A DNA stretch of 63,803 nucleotides, counting the filler, from Vannella sp. (lineage: Eukaryota): the NCBI GenBank assembly GCA_023345925.1. It is 8 parts of 8 records of this genome, joined end to end, with 100 filler letters (N's around TTAATTAATTAA, not from the genome) between each part and the next. Parts side by side here need not be neighbours in the genome. Positions count along the whole stretch, not along the records: positions 24,344 to 41,249 come from JAJQQN010000646.1; 7 more parts are not named here. One strand, 5' to 3'. The notes below the pieces were generated by a model. It did not search any database. It worked only from the letters and a program-made list of their open reading frames with translations, and was not told where the DNA came from. Shown here one piece after another: positions 24,679-35,204 of this stretch. The position numbers and the translations under genes are program-made. Numbering within the stretch: position 1 is the first letter of the stretch; the number at the start of each line of letters is the position of its first letter.

Positions 24679-25600
24679 TCAAACGCACTCGCGATGGAAG
24701 GGTTTGCCCGAAGCCTGAAGGTAATCAGACGTGATGGAGTTCTTGCAAGCAAAGCATTTGAGACCGAACTGTTCGTTCCAGCACTCTCCACAGATAGGCA
24801 GGTTGTTGTGGGGCTTGAAGCCGCATTCGACCACCGATTTGCTGCAGCTCTGGCACACAAAGCACTCCGGATGCCAGCTACTTCCCATAGCCTCGGCACT
24901 AGAGAGACCTATTTCACGGCCACAGCCTCTACAGTCTTTGCTTTTGCCCATTTTTGCAGCATCTGGAGTGGAAGCAGTGCTAGACGCAGCTGAAGCCTGG
25001 GGTGCGTTTGAGGTTTCCGCAGAGCCAATGGGAGAGCCAGAAGATCCTGAGCCAGAGCCAGAGCCAGAGGGAGAGGCCGCACCAGAGGCCAGAGCCTCCT
25101 CCAACCTGCGTTGAGCAGGGCTAGGACTTGGAGAGCTACCTGCAGAGCTTGTGAGCACAGAGATGATGAAGAATACGAGGTGCTTGACAGAACGTACTCT
25201 CAGCAGGGGGTTCAGCGCCCCTGGCAACAGAGATGGGTTTGCTTGGAGAAGCACCGGTCGAAGGAGCTAAACAGGTGAGAAGGACGAAGAGACTAACAAG
25301 AGACTCACCATTAGCCGCTGGAGAGCTCGCAGGAGCTCCACCTCCACCGCCAACTTGGAGTTCGAGATACTTTGCTCCAGAGCTGGCAGAGTCCTTGATA
25401 GCGTTCTCGAGGTGCACGTCTTGGTAGAGTCCTTGCACCTTGCCAGTGCTCATTTGATATTGGAGCTGCAGGCTAGAGAGGGCGAACACCACCTTGAAGG
25501 CCTCTTCGAGGGACTGAATAGTCATGTTCGTGCGGTCCACTTCCGCAAAACGAGTCTTTCCCCCAAACGTTCCCTTCACCTTCACCTGAACGCATCCCAT
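24679..25600 (-). CDS. PB1-like N-terminus + Ser/Gly linker + LIM domains (spliced)
   Basis: VKVKGTFGGKTRF..LQYQ (PB1-like); CRGC..WHPECFVCQSC..ICGEC (LIM); a second LIM ends at FHRECV*. Confidence 0.78.
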
Positions 25601-26116
25601 GTGAGGTCACTGGCGAAGACGACGGTGAGTGCGCACCTTGCTCATGGCCAACCTGAGAATAAGTGGACGGGCGTTGGACCGGACTTGGCTGCCACTTCAA
25701 AGAATTGGACTGTCATTCACGCCTGTGATTCTCTCTGAGGATTCATGTTCATTCTCCGCTGCAGTTGTGGCTGAGTCAGAGAGGGAGAGATGTTCTGTCT
25801 ACAGTGTGTCGCGATCTCTCAATTTGGCGCATGTGCGAGATGCTTGACCTCACAAAAAGAATCCAAATAAGGACGCACGCCCGGTTGCTGATTCGTCCAA
25901 AATGTTGGGGAAGGCTTCTGATTGGCTGAGCTGAAGGAGGGTCATTAGTGCTTGGGAAAGCTATGTTAGGCGACTCTGTTTAGCCTTCCAGTCACTGTTA
26001 CAACAATGATAGCCTGAAATAATGGGGCCTGCTTTCAATAATGGCCGATTCGTTTCTTCCCATCTTCTCGACCAGCAGAGTTTCAGTTCTTCTTGTTCTT
26101 GCTGGCCGAGCTGCTC

Positions 26117-27200
26117 ATGCCTTTTGGTGACTTTACACTCCTTCTGTCTCTTGATGGGGGTCTCTTGGCCGCAGGAAACAACCGTCAATGTCAACTCGGT
26201 CTTGGTCATGAGAACTTGTTGGAACCAGCCGAGGTCCCCTGGATTGGCCCGCAACCGGTTCAGGTGGACTGGGGATGGCATCATTCTCTGGTTCTTGATG
26301 CGGAGGGAAGTGTGTGGACGGCTGGTGGCAGTTCGTACTCTCATACCTTTGAAATTGTCCCGGACTCCTCCCATTGTCTTGGTAGTTGCTGGTAGCATTC
26401 GTAGCGCGGCTCTCGATGCCCAAGGTGGCCTTTGGCATTGGAGTACCACTCTATCATCTAGTGAGTGCACCCTTCAACATCTTCCACAACGAGTGAAAGG
26501 CCTTCCTCCAATCATCAACGCGGCTTATGGTTTGAACTTTCTTGTGGCAGAGGCAGGGGATGGATCGCTTTGGATGTTAGGAAACTACACTATGAAACAA
26601 CCTGGCCTATGTAACACCAACTCTACTCTCCAACCGACTCTTGTTCAGGAGAGAAAGTGGGCTGAGGGACCTCTCCGATGCCTGGCAGCCTTTCAAGATG
26701 GATTCATTCTTATCGATTCACAAGGAGCCGTTTTCTCTGCCGGAGAAAACGACTATGAGAAACTGGGACGCTCTCCCTCTCATGAAGAGGATTTTGAGCT
26801 CCAGAGAATCGAAAACATCCCTCCCATGCTCCAAGCCTCCTGTGGAATGAGTCACACACTCTCTCTGGATGAGAACGGCCGAGTCCGGTCGTGGGGACTG
26901 AGTCGAAATGGTGAGTTGGGTGTGGGCTCTCTCGTCGTTTCGCCACCTTTCGAGTCAGTTCAGTTAGAACGAGTTATTGCCGTGGTCGCTGGAAGCTACC
27001 ATTCTTTGGGGTTTTCAGAGAATGGAGATCTGTTGGCCTTCGGATCCAACATCTTTGGACAACTCGGACTCAGCCCCGCTAATTCCTACTTTTGGACACC
27101 CACAGTCTCTTCTCTGAAACCTGCTCCGCCTTATTCGACTCGAAGTAGACTCAAGAGCGCCCGTTTCTTAAACGCTTCCCTAGAAATGAATGATTCTTGA
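26117..27200 (+). pseudogene. RCC1/BLIP-II-like repeat protein, frameshifted
   Basis: MPFGDFTLLLSLDGG..GNN..CQLGLG in one frame, shifting near 26365 into the 26022 ORF. An apparent extra T after KSARF removes the family stop. Could be assembly error. Confidence 0.75.
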
Positions 27201-27448
27201 TTATGGACAAGACAAAGACCTGTCGTTCTTCTCTAAGTTAGATAACACCTTATATAACAAATGGCGCTTTTCTTGAATCTCTCTTCCTCTCTCTCTCTCT
27301 CTCCATCGAAAGCAACTTTGTCATCTGCACCATTGGAACTTCTATTGTTGAGAAAGACTCAATGTTCTTCTTCGACTTTCTCGATGCTGTTTGGAAGATG
27401 GTCAGCGATAAGTCCAGTCAGCTTCATTTTAATTGAATTATTGACAAA

Positions 27449-30388
27449 CTACAAAAGAGAATCAGCCCAATGACGGACGACACGGTTTTGTTTGAATTGG
27501 ATGAGTTTCGAAGCTGTCTTGGAAGAAATGAAGATGCCAGTGCCATCAGTTCGGACAAATGGAGAGCCAGAGACTTCTCGGAAAGTGTGAACAATCGAAG
27601 AATCCTCTTGATTATGGCGGATGAGGCACACTGCTCCTCCCAACACACCTCCCACCAAATAAGATCCTCTGGCCTTGGTGATGTCAAAGCCACCCAACGA
27701 AACAAGTGCTGCAGAGGGGTCCACATTGGCTATCTGAAGAGAGATTGCTTCATCTGCCTGGAAGGAAGACAGCAATTTGACTTGTAATGAAAAGTCTGGA
27801 TAGGCCAGAGTGACTTGAGAAAGACTTTCAGAGAGAACAAGACCCACAACAGAAGACTGGCTTTGAAAAATCCCAAAAGACTCTTCCGGCTTTCTGGCAT
27901 CAAACAGCTGAACGAGGCCACCTTTCGATGCCGTGACAATTTGATGTGAACAAACGGTAAGATGATTGACTGGAGCTTTGGCACTCAAAGAGAGCCACTC
28001 TGAAGAGTCTGAAACTCGGTCATCCACCCAAAACACTTTTCCTGACTCACAACCGGCATATAAAGATGGTCCGGCCGAACTGAGAGCGGAAATCGATCCA
28101 AACTCAACATATGGTAAGTCTGTCACTGCACCCGTTTCAACATCAATACCAAAGAGTTTTTGGCTGTCAGACGCAATCAGATTACCCACATGAGGGACCA
28201 TATGAAGTACAGTAGAAGGAGTCTCAATGGTAAGCAAAGGCTTTGCTGAAGTCGCATTGAAGATTTGAAGAGGAGAGGAACATGGAGCGACCGCAAGCAT
28301 CTTGCCCTCTTGGAAGAAGGAAGCTGTAGAAACAGGACTGGAATGCTCCAGCGAGTGAACCAGATATCGACTCCCAGTATTGTCCCGTCTCTCCGTTCGA
28401 GGGCGCTCAGGTGGATCACAAATACTCTCAAAGCTGTCAACGCTAGCGAAAGGGTAGCTTGGAAGACTGTTAGACCCATTCTTCCTCACCTTTGCAACAT
28501 GAGTAGAGAATATACAAGGACCATTGGTGGGGGCAGTCACTGTATGAAGAGGGCTTATCGTTTGTGAGCTACCTAAGGCTTGGTCACTATCACAGCGTGC
28601 AATAACGCATCCGAATTCTCGAGAGAGCGCTTCAAACTTGTGATTCATTCCATCAAGACCGAGACTCCACGCCGAAAAGGTAACTTCCTCTCCTCCTCGA
28701 GGGATCAGAATGGGGTTCAAGAGAACATCTGGCTGGAGGGCCATCGTGTCATCAAATGCGTCCGCATTCTCAATGTCGAAACAAATCAGGATGGCCAAAC
28801 GGCCAATAGGAGTGTCCCAAACTCCGACACCGGAACCAGGCGTGACTGTTGCTGATAGCGGATACCTTTTGTTGTAGCTCCCAATGTATCCAGACGGTCC
28901 AATCAAGACAGAAGTGCAAAACTGCTCTTGTTTGGCATTAAGCATCAGTCCTGCTCCCAAACAGATGTAGATTTGGTGATCCTTAGCGAGCTCCAGATAA
29001 GGCGCAAAGGCTGGCTGACTCTCAATAGGCTGAGAATTGAAAGCAAAAGGGAGCCAGTACTCGAATAGCAAAAGAATGTCGCTTCGGTCCGAAGGCTCCT
29101 CACCCTCCAAGAAGATGCGAAGAGAAGTAGCATCGGCAGTGGCTTGTTGGACTGTTGTGATTTTGATGGAATCACGGGAATGCCCTCCCTTTTGACAGCT
29201 TTTGAAGGGCTCAAGGGAGTGGCGAGCAAATTGACCCGCTTGGTAGCTTCTCGTGAGGCAGTCTCGGATAGCTTCATGCTTCAGAGTAAGAACCGAGACG
29301 ATGTCTTCCATGAATTCTGTGTTGATAGACTCCATCCCATTCTTCCAAACATCCTCCCAGTCTTGAATGCACCACTTGCTCATATACTGCTTGATAGCAT
29401 CAAAAGGGTGATTCGAAAGAAGCCTAGCGATGCGTTCTAGACCAATCAAAAGTCCATGCCGAAGAGCAAGCATGCCCGCTTGTCCAATATCGAAATTGGT
29501 CCACAGAAAGATGGAATCTCTGACCTTGGCAATGGGAGAGCCAGGCTCAATGAGGCTCTCTACCAGAAGGCTATCAATCAGTGACTTAACCTTCCCCATG
29601 TACTGTTCATAGTTGGCCAGGACCTTCCTACTGACTGGGAAGATGGCTTGGTCGATGGCACAGATTTCGTACCCTCCTGTTGACCGGGACATGAACAGGA
29701 AGTTTGAGAGGTTTCCGTCATTAGACCATATCAGAGGGAGGCGATCCCAGTTGTTCAATAGGACGTCCATGGACATGATCGCCCCCATTTGGTGCAAGTT
29801 GTCATCGCTGAGCAAGATCTTTTCGATTACTGAAGTGTACACGCGTTGGCGATCGTTTGGGTCGTCAGAAGCTACTCTCATACCATCGTTGATGAGTGAG
29901 AAGAGGTCACCGCCTCGTACTTGCTCCATGACAATGATAAAAGGGCGATTAAGCTCCCGTTGGACCTTGATTAACGCGGTAGGACCGACCAGACGAGCAA
30001 GCTTGCTCTTGATAACAGTCCACTGCTTCTGTGTATGCTCAGCAATGAAGTACTGAGGAGCGGGGATGCCCAGTGTCTTGCACATCTCGTACGCAAACAC
30101 TTCTTGTGCGACAGTACTGCTTCCTTTCACCACGACAGGTGACAAGCCAGAGTCTTCTGCAAACTCAACGAAGATCACACCACCAGAGCCATCCTCAGAG
30201 CAATGAGCCTTCGTAGCCTTCGACCATTCGATCTTCTCCGTCCACACAGGCTTTCGGTGTCGCTTCTTCGCCCCAAAGAGAGAAGGAAGCGGTAAGAATG
30301 GTGGTGCAGCGTGTTCCATTCCTGCAATGTGCTCCATCCCCTTCTTCGCGATCCCCTTTAACCTCTCCCTCTTTCCAGGAGCAGACAT
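27449..30388 (-). CDS. Actin-fragmin kinase-like domain + carbon-nitrogen hydrolase + WD40-like propeller fusion
   Basis: AFK-type GSGGVIFV, VVVKGSST..QEVF, DVLLNNWDRLP, GNLSNF, AID; nitrilase triad LFE / YNK / ICFD; C-terminal WD-like repeats; intronless. Confidence 0.8.
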   Translation of the reverse strand: MSAPGKRERLKGIAKKGMEHIAGMEHAAPPFLPLPSLFGAKKRHRKPVWTEKIEWSKATKAHCSEDGSGGVIFVEFAEDSGLSPVVVKGSSTVAQEVFAYEMCKTLGIPAPQYFIAEHTQKQWTVIKSKLARLVGPTALIKVQRELNRPFIIVMEQVRGGDLFSLINDGMRVASDDPNDRQRVYTSVIEKILLSDDNLHQMGAIMSMDVLLNNWDRLPLIWSNDGNLSNFLFMSRSTGGYEICAIDQAIFPVSRKVLANYEQYMGKVKSLIDSLLVESLIEPGSPIAKVRDSIFLWTNFDIGQAGMLALRHGLLIGLERIARLLSNHPFDAIKQYMSKWCIQDWEDVWKNGMESINTEFMEDIVSVLTLKHEAIRDCLTRSYQAGQFARHSLEPFKSCQKGGHSRDSIKITTVQQATADATSLRIFLEGEEPSDRSDILLLFEYWLPFAFNSQPIESQPAFAPYLELAKDHQIYICLGAGLMLNAKQEQFCTSVLIGPSGYIGSYNKRYPLSATVTPGSGVGVWDTPIGRLAILICFDIENADAFDDTMALQPDVLLNPILIPRGGEEVTFSAWSLGLDGMNHKFEALSREFGCVIARCDSDQALGSSQTISPLHTVTAPTNGPCIFSTHVAKVRKNGSNSLPSYPFASVDSFESICDPPERPRTERRDNTGSRYLVHSLEHSSPVSTASFFQEGKMLAVAPCSSPLQIFNATSAKPLLTIETPSTVLHMVPHVGNLIASDSQKLFGIDVETGAVTDLPYVEFGSISALSSAGPSLYAGCESGKVFWVDDRVSDSSEWLSLSAKAPVNHLTVCSHQIVTASKGGLVQLFDARKPEESFGIFQSQSSVVGLVLSESLSQVTLAYPDFSLQVKLLSSFQADEAISLQIANVDPSAALVSLGGFDITKARGSYLVGGVLGGAVCLIRHNQEDSSIVHTFREVSGSPFVRTDGTGIFISSKTASKLIQFKQNRVVRHWADSLL

Positions 30389-30402
30389 CAGCTAAAACAC
30401 CC

Positions 30403-30468
30403 AACCCTAATCCTAAAACCCTGATGTGTGAGTCGTTAAACCCTAGTTTCTTGTTTGTAGGGTTTAGG
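30403..30468. promoter_or_regulatory. Cluster of telomere-like AAACCCTA motifs in a bidirectional promoter
   Basis: AACCCTAA, AAACCCTG, TAAACCCTA (30437-30445) and inverted TAGGGTTTA (30458-30466) between divergent ATGs at 30388 and 30547. Confidence 0.5.
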
Positions 30469-30546
30469 TCGGGTAACGGAACTTTCTTTGTTGTCCGATT
30501 GGAGGATGTGTCGGAGTTGGACAAGGCTGGGTATTTTTGTTCCTCG

Positions 30547-32397
30547 ATGAGAGTACAGCTGTCTGTGGTCGTGCTCCTTGTTGCAGCCGTGGCCATGGCT
30601 CGCCAGATGCCAAGGAACCTGGTGGAACCCACCAATCGCTTCTTTGATCCGGCTGTTTGGGACATGGGAATGGAGTCTCCTCGTGACGAGAGGCTTACTT
30701 TCTCCATCTTCCTCTTCCAGCACAACTTGGAGGTGTTGGACAGGGAGTTTGAGCGTCTCACCACTCCTGGGTCTCCTCAATGGAGGCACTGGAAGTCCAT
30801 GGACGCCATCAAGTCCATCACAGCTCCTCCAGCTTCCCAAAAGGCTGAAGTTCGTCGCTGGCTCAAGTCTGCTGGCATCCACACTGTCGAGGACCGCCAT
30901 GACGCCTTCAAGGTGACTGGCTCTATCGAGGCTATCTCTCTCCTGTTGGACACCACCTTCTTCCAGTTCACTCACATTGCCTCTGGTAGCATTGTCTCTC
31001 GCCAAGTGGGCGACTACGTTGTCCCTGAGCGCCTCCAACACATCATCCAGTTCATTACTGGCGTGTCTGAGTTCCCCTACGCAGCTAAGCGCTCCAACTC
31101 GTATCACAAAACAACCAAAGACACTAGTTCCTCCAAAGTGTACTATGTCGTCCCCTACGTCATCGACCAGCTCTATGGCGTCCCTTATGCGCAAAAGACG
31201 AAAGTCAACCAACGGTCAAGTGTTGGTGTGATCGAGTACCAGGGCGATCTGTCCTTCTCGCCGTCTGATTTGACTTACTTCCAAGCTCAGAATGACTTGC
31301 TGCAACAGGGAGTCCCCTCAAATCAGACTATCGGTCCCTATTCAGCTACGAACCCGAACGAGGAGGCTAGTCTTGACATTCAGTACGCCTGGGGAGTGTC
31401 GTATAACACTTCTGCGTGGTACTGGACTGTAGAGGGATGGCTGTTGGAGTGGTGCTTGGAGTTTGAGGTCGAGCCGGCTCGCCCTGCTGTCGTTTCTATC
31501 AGCTGGGGATGGACAGAGAACAACCAATGCCAAATCACTAACTGCAAGAACTCTGCCGCCTACGTGGCTCGTGTCAATCGAGAGCTACAGCAGATCACAA
31601 TGTCTGGTGTCACTATTACCGCTTCTTCTGGTGACCAGGGCGCTGCTGGCGACGGGGACCCTTCTTGTAGTAACAACCAACAGCCTCTAACTTCTATCTT
31701 CCCAGGTGCATCACCGTATGTCCTCTCTATTGGTGCCACAATGTTGGTTTCCTCAAGCAACATTGCCACGAAAAGTGACCACTTTGCCACATCAGACAAG
31801 CAGCCAAAGCCTCCTGTCTGCTCCTCAGTCAATTGTGCGGATGTCACAAAAATGGAGGAGGTCGCTTGCTCCTACCCTGAGGCTATCATCACCACTGGTG
31901 GAGGATTCTCCAACTACAGCCCTCGCCCTTCTTGGCAGAACTCCGTGGTCTCAACCTATTTCAACTTTGTTGCTCCTAGTGAACTGCCTCCCGCATCCAC
32001 CTTCAATTCGTCCAACCGGGGCTTTCCGGATGTATCCGCTTTGGGTCATAATTTCCTGGTTCGCCTGTCTGGCAAATGGAAGAGTGTGGATGGTACTTCT
32101 GCTTCATCTCCTGTGTGGGCTGGGCTCATCGCTCTTTGGAATGACTTTGAGATCAAGTCAGGCCGGCCCACACTCGGATTCATCAACCCTTTGATCTACC
32201 AGGCCTTCGCCACCGATCCCACTAACTTTTATGATATCAAAAATGGTAACAATAAGTGTACAGAGTCAAGGTGCTGCCAGTACGGCTATGCCACCGCCCC
32301 TGGATGGGATCCCGTCACTGGTCTTGGCTCTCCCAACTTCGCCAAGCTTTACAGCTTCATCCAAGCTCAAAGCTCGCAGCACTTTCAGCAACTTTGA
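30547..32397 (+). CDS. Sedolisin (S53) tripeptidyl-peptidase-like protease, paralogue 1
   Basis: Signal peptide, prodomain, EASLDIQY, ASSGDQG, RGFPDVSA, GTSASSP, GWDPVTGLGSP. Confidence 0.92.
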   Translation: MRVQLSVVVLLVAAVAMARQMPRNLVEPTNRFFDPAVWDMGMESPRDERLTFSIFLFQHNLEVLDREFERLTTPGSPQWRHWKSMDAIKSITAPPASQKAEVRRWLKSAGIHTVEDRHDAFKVTGSIEAISLLLDTTFFQFTHIASGSIVSRQVGDYVVPERLQHIIQFITGVSEFPYAAKRSNSYHKTTKDTSSSKVYYVVPYVIDQLYGVPYAQKTKVNQRSSVGVIEYQGDLSFSPSDLTYFQAQNDLLQQGVPSNQTIGPYSATNPNEEASLDIQYAWGVSYNTSAWYWTVEGWLLEWCLEFEVEPARPAVVSISWGWTENNQCQITNCKNSAAYVARVNRELQQITMSGVTITASSGDQGAAGDGDPSCSNNQQPLTSIFPGASPYVLSIGATMLVSSSNIATKSDHFATSDKQPKPPVCSSVNCADVTKMEEVACSYPEAIITTGGGFSNYSPRPSWQNSVVSTYFNFVAPSELPPASTFNSSNRGFPDVSALGHNFLVRLSGKWKSVDGTSASSPVWAGLIALWNDFEIKSGRPTLGFINPLIYQAFATDPTNFYDIKNGNNKCTESRCCQYGYATAPGWDPVTGLGSPNFAKLYSFIQAQSSQHFQQL

Positions 32398-32593
32398 TAG
32401 TGTTTAACTTTATTGGCACTAAACCAGAAGGAATTGGCGGAAAGCATCTCCAGACTTAGTCTCTTTTTGAACAGTATCCGAAATCTAGCTTGAAACGACA
32501 TGGAAGACCTCACTACTCGGCCTTCCTCAGTGAGCTCAAAAGGAGCTGCAAATCACTCTTATACCCAGAGTCTCTTGCACAGTGTTGCGGGTT

Positions 32594-32967
32594 AAGCGAA
32601 TCAACAACATCCCTCCCATGCTGATGGCCTTCTGTGGGTGCTATCACACCCTTTTTCTGGATGAGAACGGCAGTGTATGGACCTTGGGATGGTGGGGAAG
32701 GGCAATTGGGGCTAGGTACCACTCAAAGTATATCCCAGCCTGCTTTGGCCCCTTCGTTGAAAGGAATAGCTAGTTTGGTTGCGAGGTCATGCCCACTACC
32801 ATTCCTTGGCCTTCCAACAGGATGGCAGCCTCCTGGTCTTCCGATCCAATAATTTTGGACAACTCGGTTTCGATCACACACCCTATCTACTGACTCCTAC
32901 GTTGTCTCCTCTCCAATCCTCTCGCCCTTATGCCAGCCATAGCAGACAAAAGAGTGCCCGCTTCTAA
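32594..32967 (+). pseudogene. 5'-truncated, frameshifted RCC1-like family copy
   Basis: RINNIPPML..CGCYHTLFLDENGSVW, then GQLGLG, YHSLAF and QKSARF* spread over three frames. Confidence 0.8.
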
Positions 32968-33251
32968 AGAACAACTTCTAGGCCTCCATTCGCTGGCAAG
33001 AATAAGGTAACACACGATCACAAGTTACATGAGTCAAGAATCCCTGTGAATGAAAGGAATCCCAGTCTGCAAATGAGACCAACTATGAATACGAAATCTC
33101 CATTCTTGGTAGTCTTGTTTTGGTATCAATAGTACAGGCCATTCTGCTAGTAGAACCTAACGTTCAACTCGTAATCAATCAGTAAAGCAGAGATTCTTCT
33201 TAGGTTTCGTTCAAACAAACGGCAGAGCACCTCCTTCAAGTTCAAGAGTTG

Positions 33252-33275
33252 CCCTAAACCCTAAACCCTAACCCT
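33252..33275 (+). repeat. Interstitial telomere-like tract (CCCTAAA)2-CCCTAA-CCCT
   Basis: Read directly from the sequence. Confidence 0.8.
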
Positions 33276-33400
33276 GGGATGATGTTTGTCGCACAACCCA
33301 ACAAAAGACAGTAAAAGGGTAGTTCTCCTTTCATTCTCCTTTGGAGAGGATTCACAGCCCAGTTATTCATTCCCTCCTTTTGCATTGTTTTGGGATCCTC

Positions 33401-34477
33401 ATGCCCTTGGGGGACCACACGCTCCTCCTCTCCCTCGAAGGGGGCCTTTGGGCCTTTGGACGCAACAACTGCGGTCAACTTGGTCTCGGTCACAACAATG
33501 ACCAATGGCAACCTGCAGAGGTCCCCTGGAATGGCCCAGAGCCGGTTCGAGTGGACTGGGGACTCCATCACTCCCTCGTTCTTGATGCGGAGGGTAGTGT
33601 GTGGGAGACTGGCCACTACCGGGACACCTCCTTCAGGAAAGTACAAGAGCTTCCTCCCATTGCTTTGGTGGCTGCTGGCGACTCTCACAGCGCCGCAATC
33701 GATACCGAAGGCGGTGTTTGGGTGTGGACGAGCACAACTGATCACTCTTGGGTGAGTTCTCTTCCGCAACAAGTGAAAGGTCTCCCCCCAATCATCAAAT
33801 TGGTCTGTGGCAACGACTACATCGTGGCAGAGGCCGAAGAGGGTCTATGGGTGTTAGGCAGCAACTCCTGCGGGCAACTGGGGCTCGGTCACACCGACAA
33901 CACCCTCGAGCCAACTCTTATCCAAGTCGATGAGCGTTCTGAAGGACCTTTACGATGTCTTGCTGCCCTCAGATATGGCGTGATCCTCATCGACTGTGCA
34001 GGGGCCGTCTTTTCCGCTGGTAGCAGCGTGTATGGACAACTGGGGCGATGTTTTGGAGAACTATTTCGATTCAAGCAAATCTGTAACATCCCTCCCATGC
34101 TCGAGGTCTCTTGTGGGTGCTTTCACACCCTCTCTCTGGATGAGGACGGAGGAGTCTGGACTTGGGGATGCGGTGAAATGGGGCAATTAGGAACAGGCAA
34201 CACGTTTAGTGAGCCTCAACCCACTTTGATACCTTCGTTGAACGGAACGAAAGCTCTGATAGCGGGAAGGTACCATTCTTTGGCCTTTCCACAGGAAGGC
34301 AGCCTACTGGTCTTTGGATCCAACAGCTTCGGACAGCTTGGAATCGACCACAAGAATAACAGCTTCGGAAAGCTCGGACTTAACCACATGAACGAACCGA
34401 CTCCCACGCTTTCTTCTTTTCAACCAGCTCTGCCTTTTTCGGGCATCCGCAGCAAACAGAAGAGTGCCCGCTTTTGA
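33401..34477 (+). CDS. RCC1/BLIP-II-like beta-propeller protein (intact family copy)
   Basis: Repeated GxN..GQLGLG and HSLxLDxEGxVW units; ends SKQKSARF*. A short upstream exon (ATG near 33283, possible intron ~33312-33358) cannot be excluded. Confidence 0.88.
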   Translation: MPLGDHTLLLSLEGGLWAFGRNNCGQLGLGHNNDQWQPAEVPWNGPEPVRVDWGLHHSLVLDAEGSVWETGHYRDTSFRKVQELPPIALVAAGDSHSAAIDTEGGVWVWTSTTDHSWVSSLPQQVKGLPPIIKLVCGNDYIVAEAEEGLWVLGSNSCGQLGLGHTDNTLEPTLIQVDERSEGPLRCLAALRYGVILIDCAGAVFSAGSSVYGQLGRCFGELFRFKQICNIPPMLEVSCGCFHTLSLDEDGGVWTWGCGEMGQLGTGNTFSEPQPTLIPSLNGTKALIAGRYHSLAFPQEGSLLVFGSNSFGQLGIDHKNNSFGKLGLNHMNEPTPTLSSFQPALPFSGIRSKQKSARF

Positions 34478-35204
34478 GGGAATTTGGATAGCTAACTGTT
34501 CTGTTTCTCACTTTCCATTCACAAATTGAACGAGAATACAACCCCGATTGGCAAGGCCGCAAAGCAGCAAAGACTGACACTGGCGGATGCAAGAAACACG
34601 CTCATCCGATTGGCATGGAAAGCATGTCGCTAAACAAAGGGCATACATGCTCTTTGCTCCCAGGACAATAGATTGGGAACTCGAACTTGTAACCATCCGT
34701 CCGAGACCGTATTCTCGTGAATCAGGACCACATAGAGCACCAGAGGAAGGTATTGGCATTCCAATGCAACATCAAATGGTTCTCTTCTTTCTCCTTCGAC
34801 AACATCCACGTCTATTCGGCATCTTGCCAATATGAATGGGATTCCGAGGAGTATCAGCCCACAGCTTATTCTGAAGAGATGGAGGCCACCAGAAAACTCT
34901 CGCATACACGAGTTTGGAACCCTATTCCGCCTTCACTTCGCTGCTATGTTCCGCGAGGTCGAGGGAAACCGACTTGACTGAGCGTCATGGATTTTCTCAG
35001 TAACACAGGTGCTTCGAAGCTCTCCTGTTTCCCCAACTTCCCAAACATTTTCATTAAACTCAGTTACTTGTTGGTGTCAACTCGCTGAACCTTTCCTTGT
35101 CGAAAAATCTCCGCCAGGCGCCCCGCCCAATAGAAACGCTGGACCAATCAACAATTGGAAACCTCGCCAACTGATTCTCCATTCTCCATTCTTTTTCTTG
35201 TCTC

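Noticed and set aside
25035..25100. GAGCCA tandem repeats
   Set aside because: They encode the Gly/Ser linker of the LIM protein
27278..27303. (CT)n tract
   Set aside because: Ordinary short microsatellite between convergent genes
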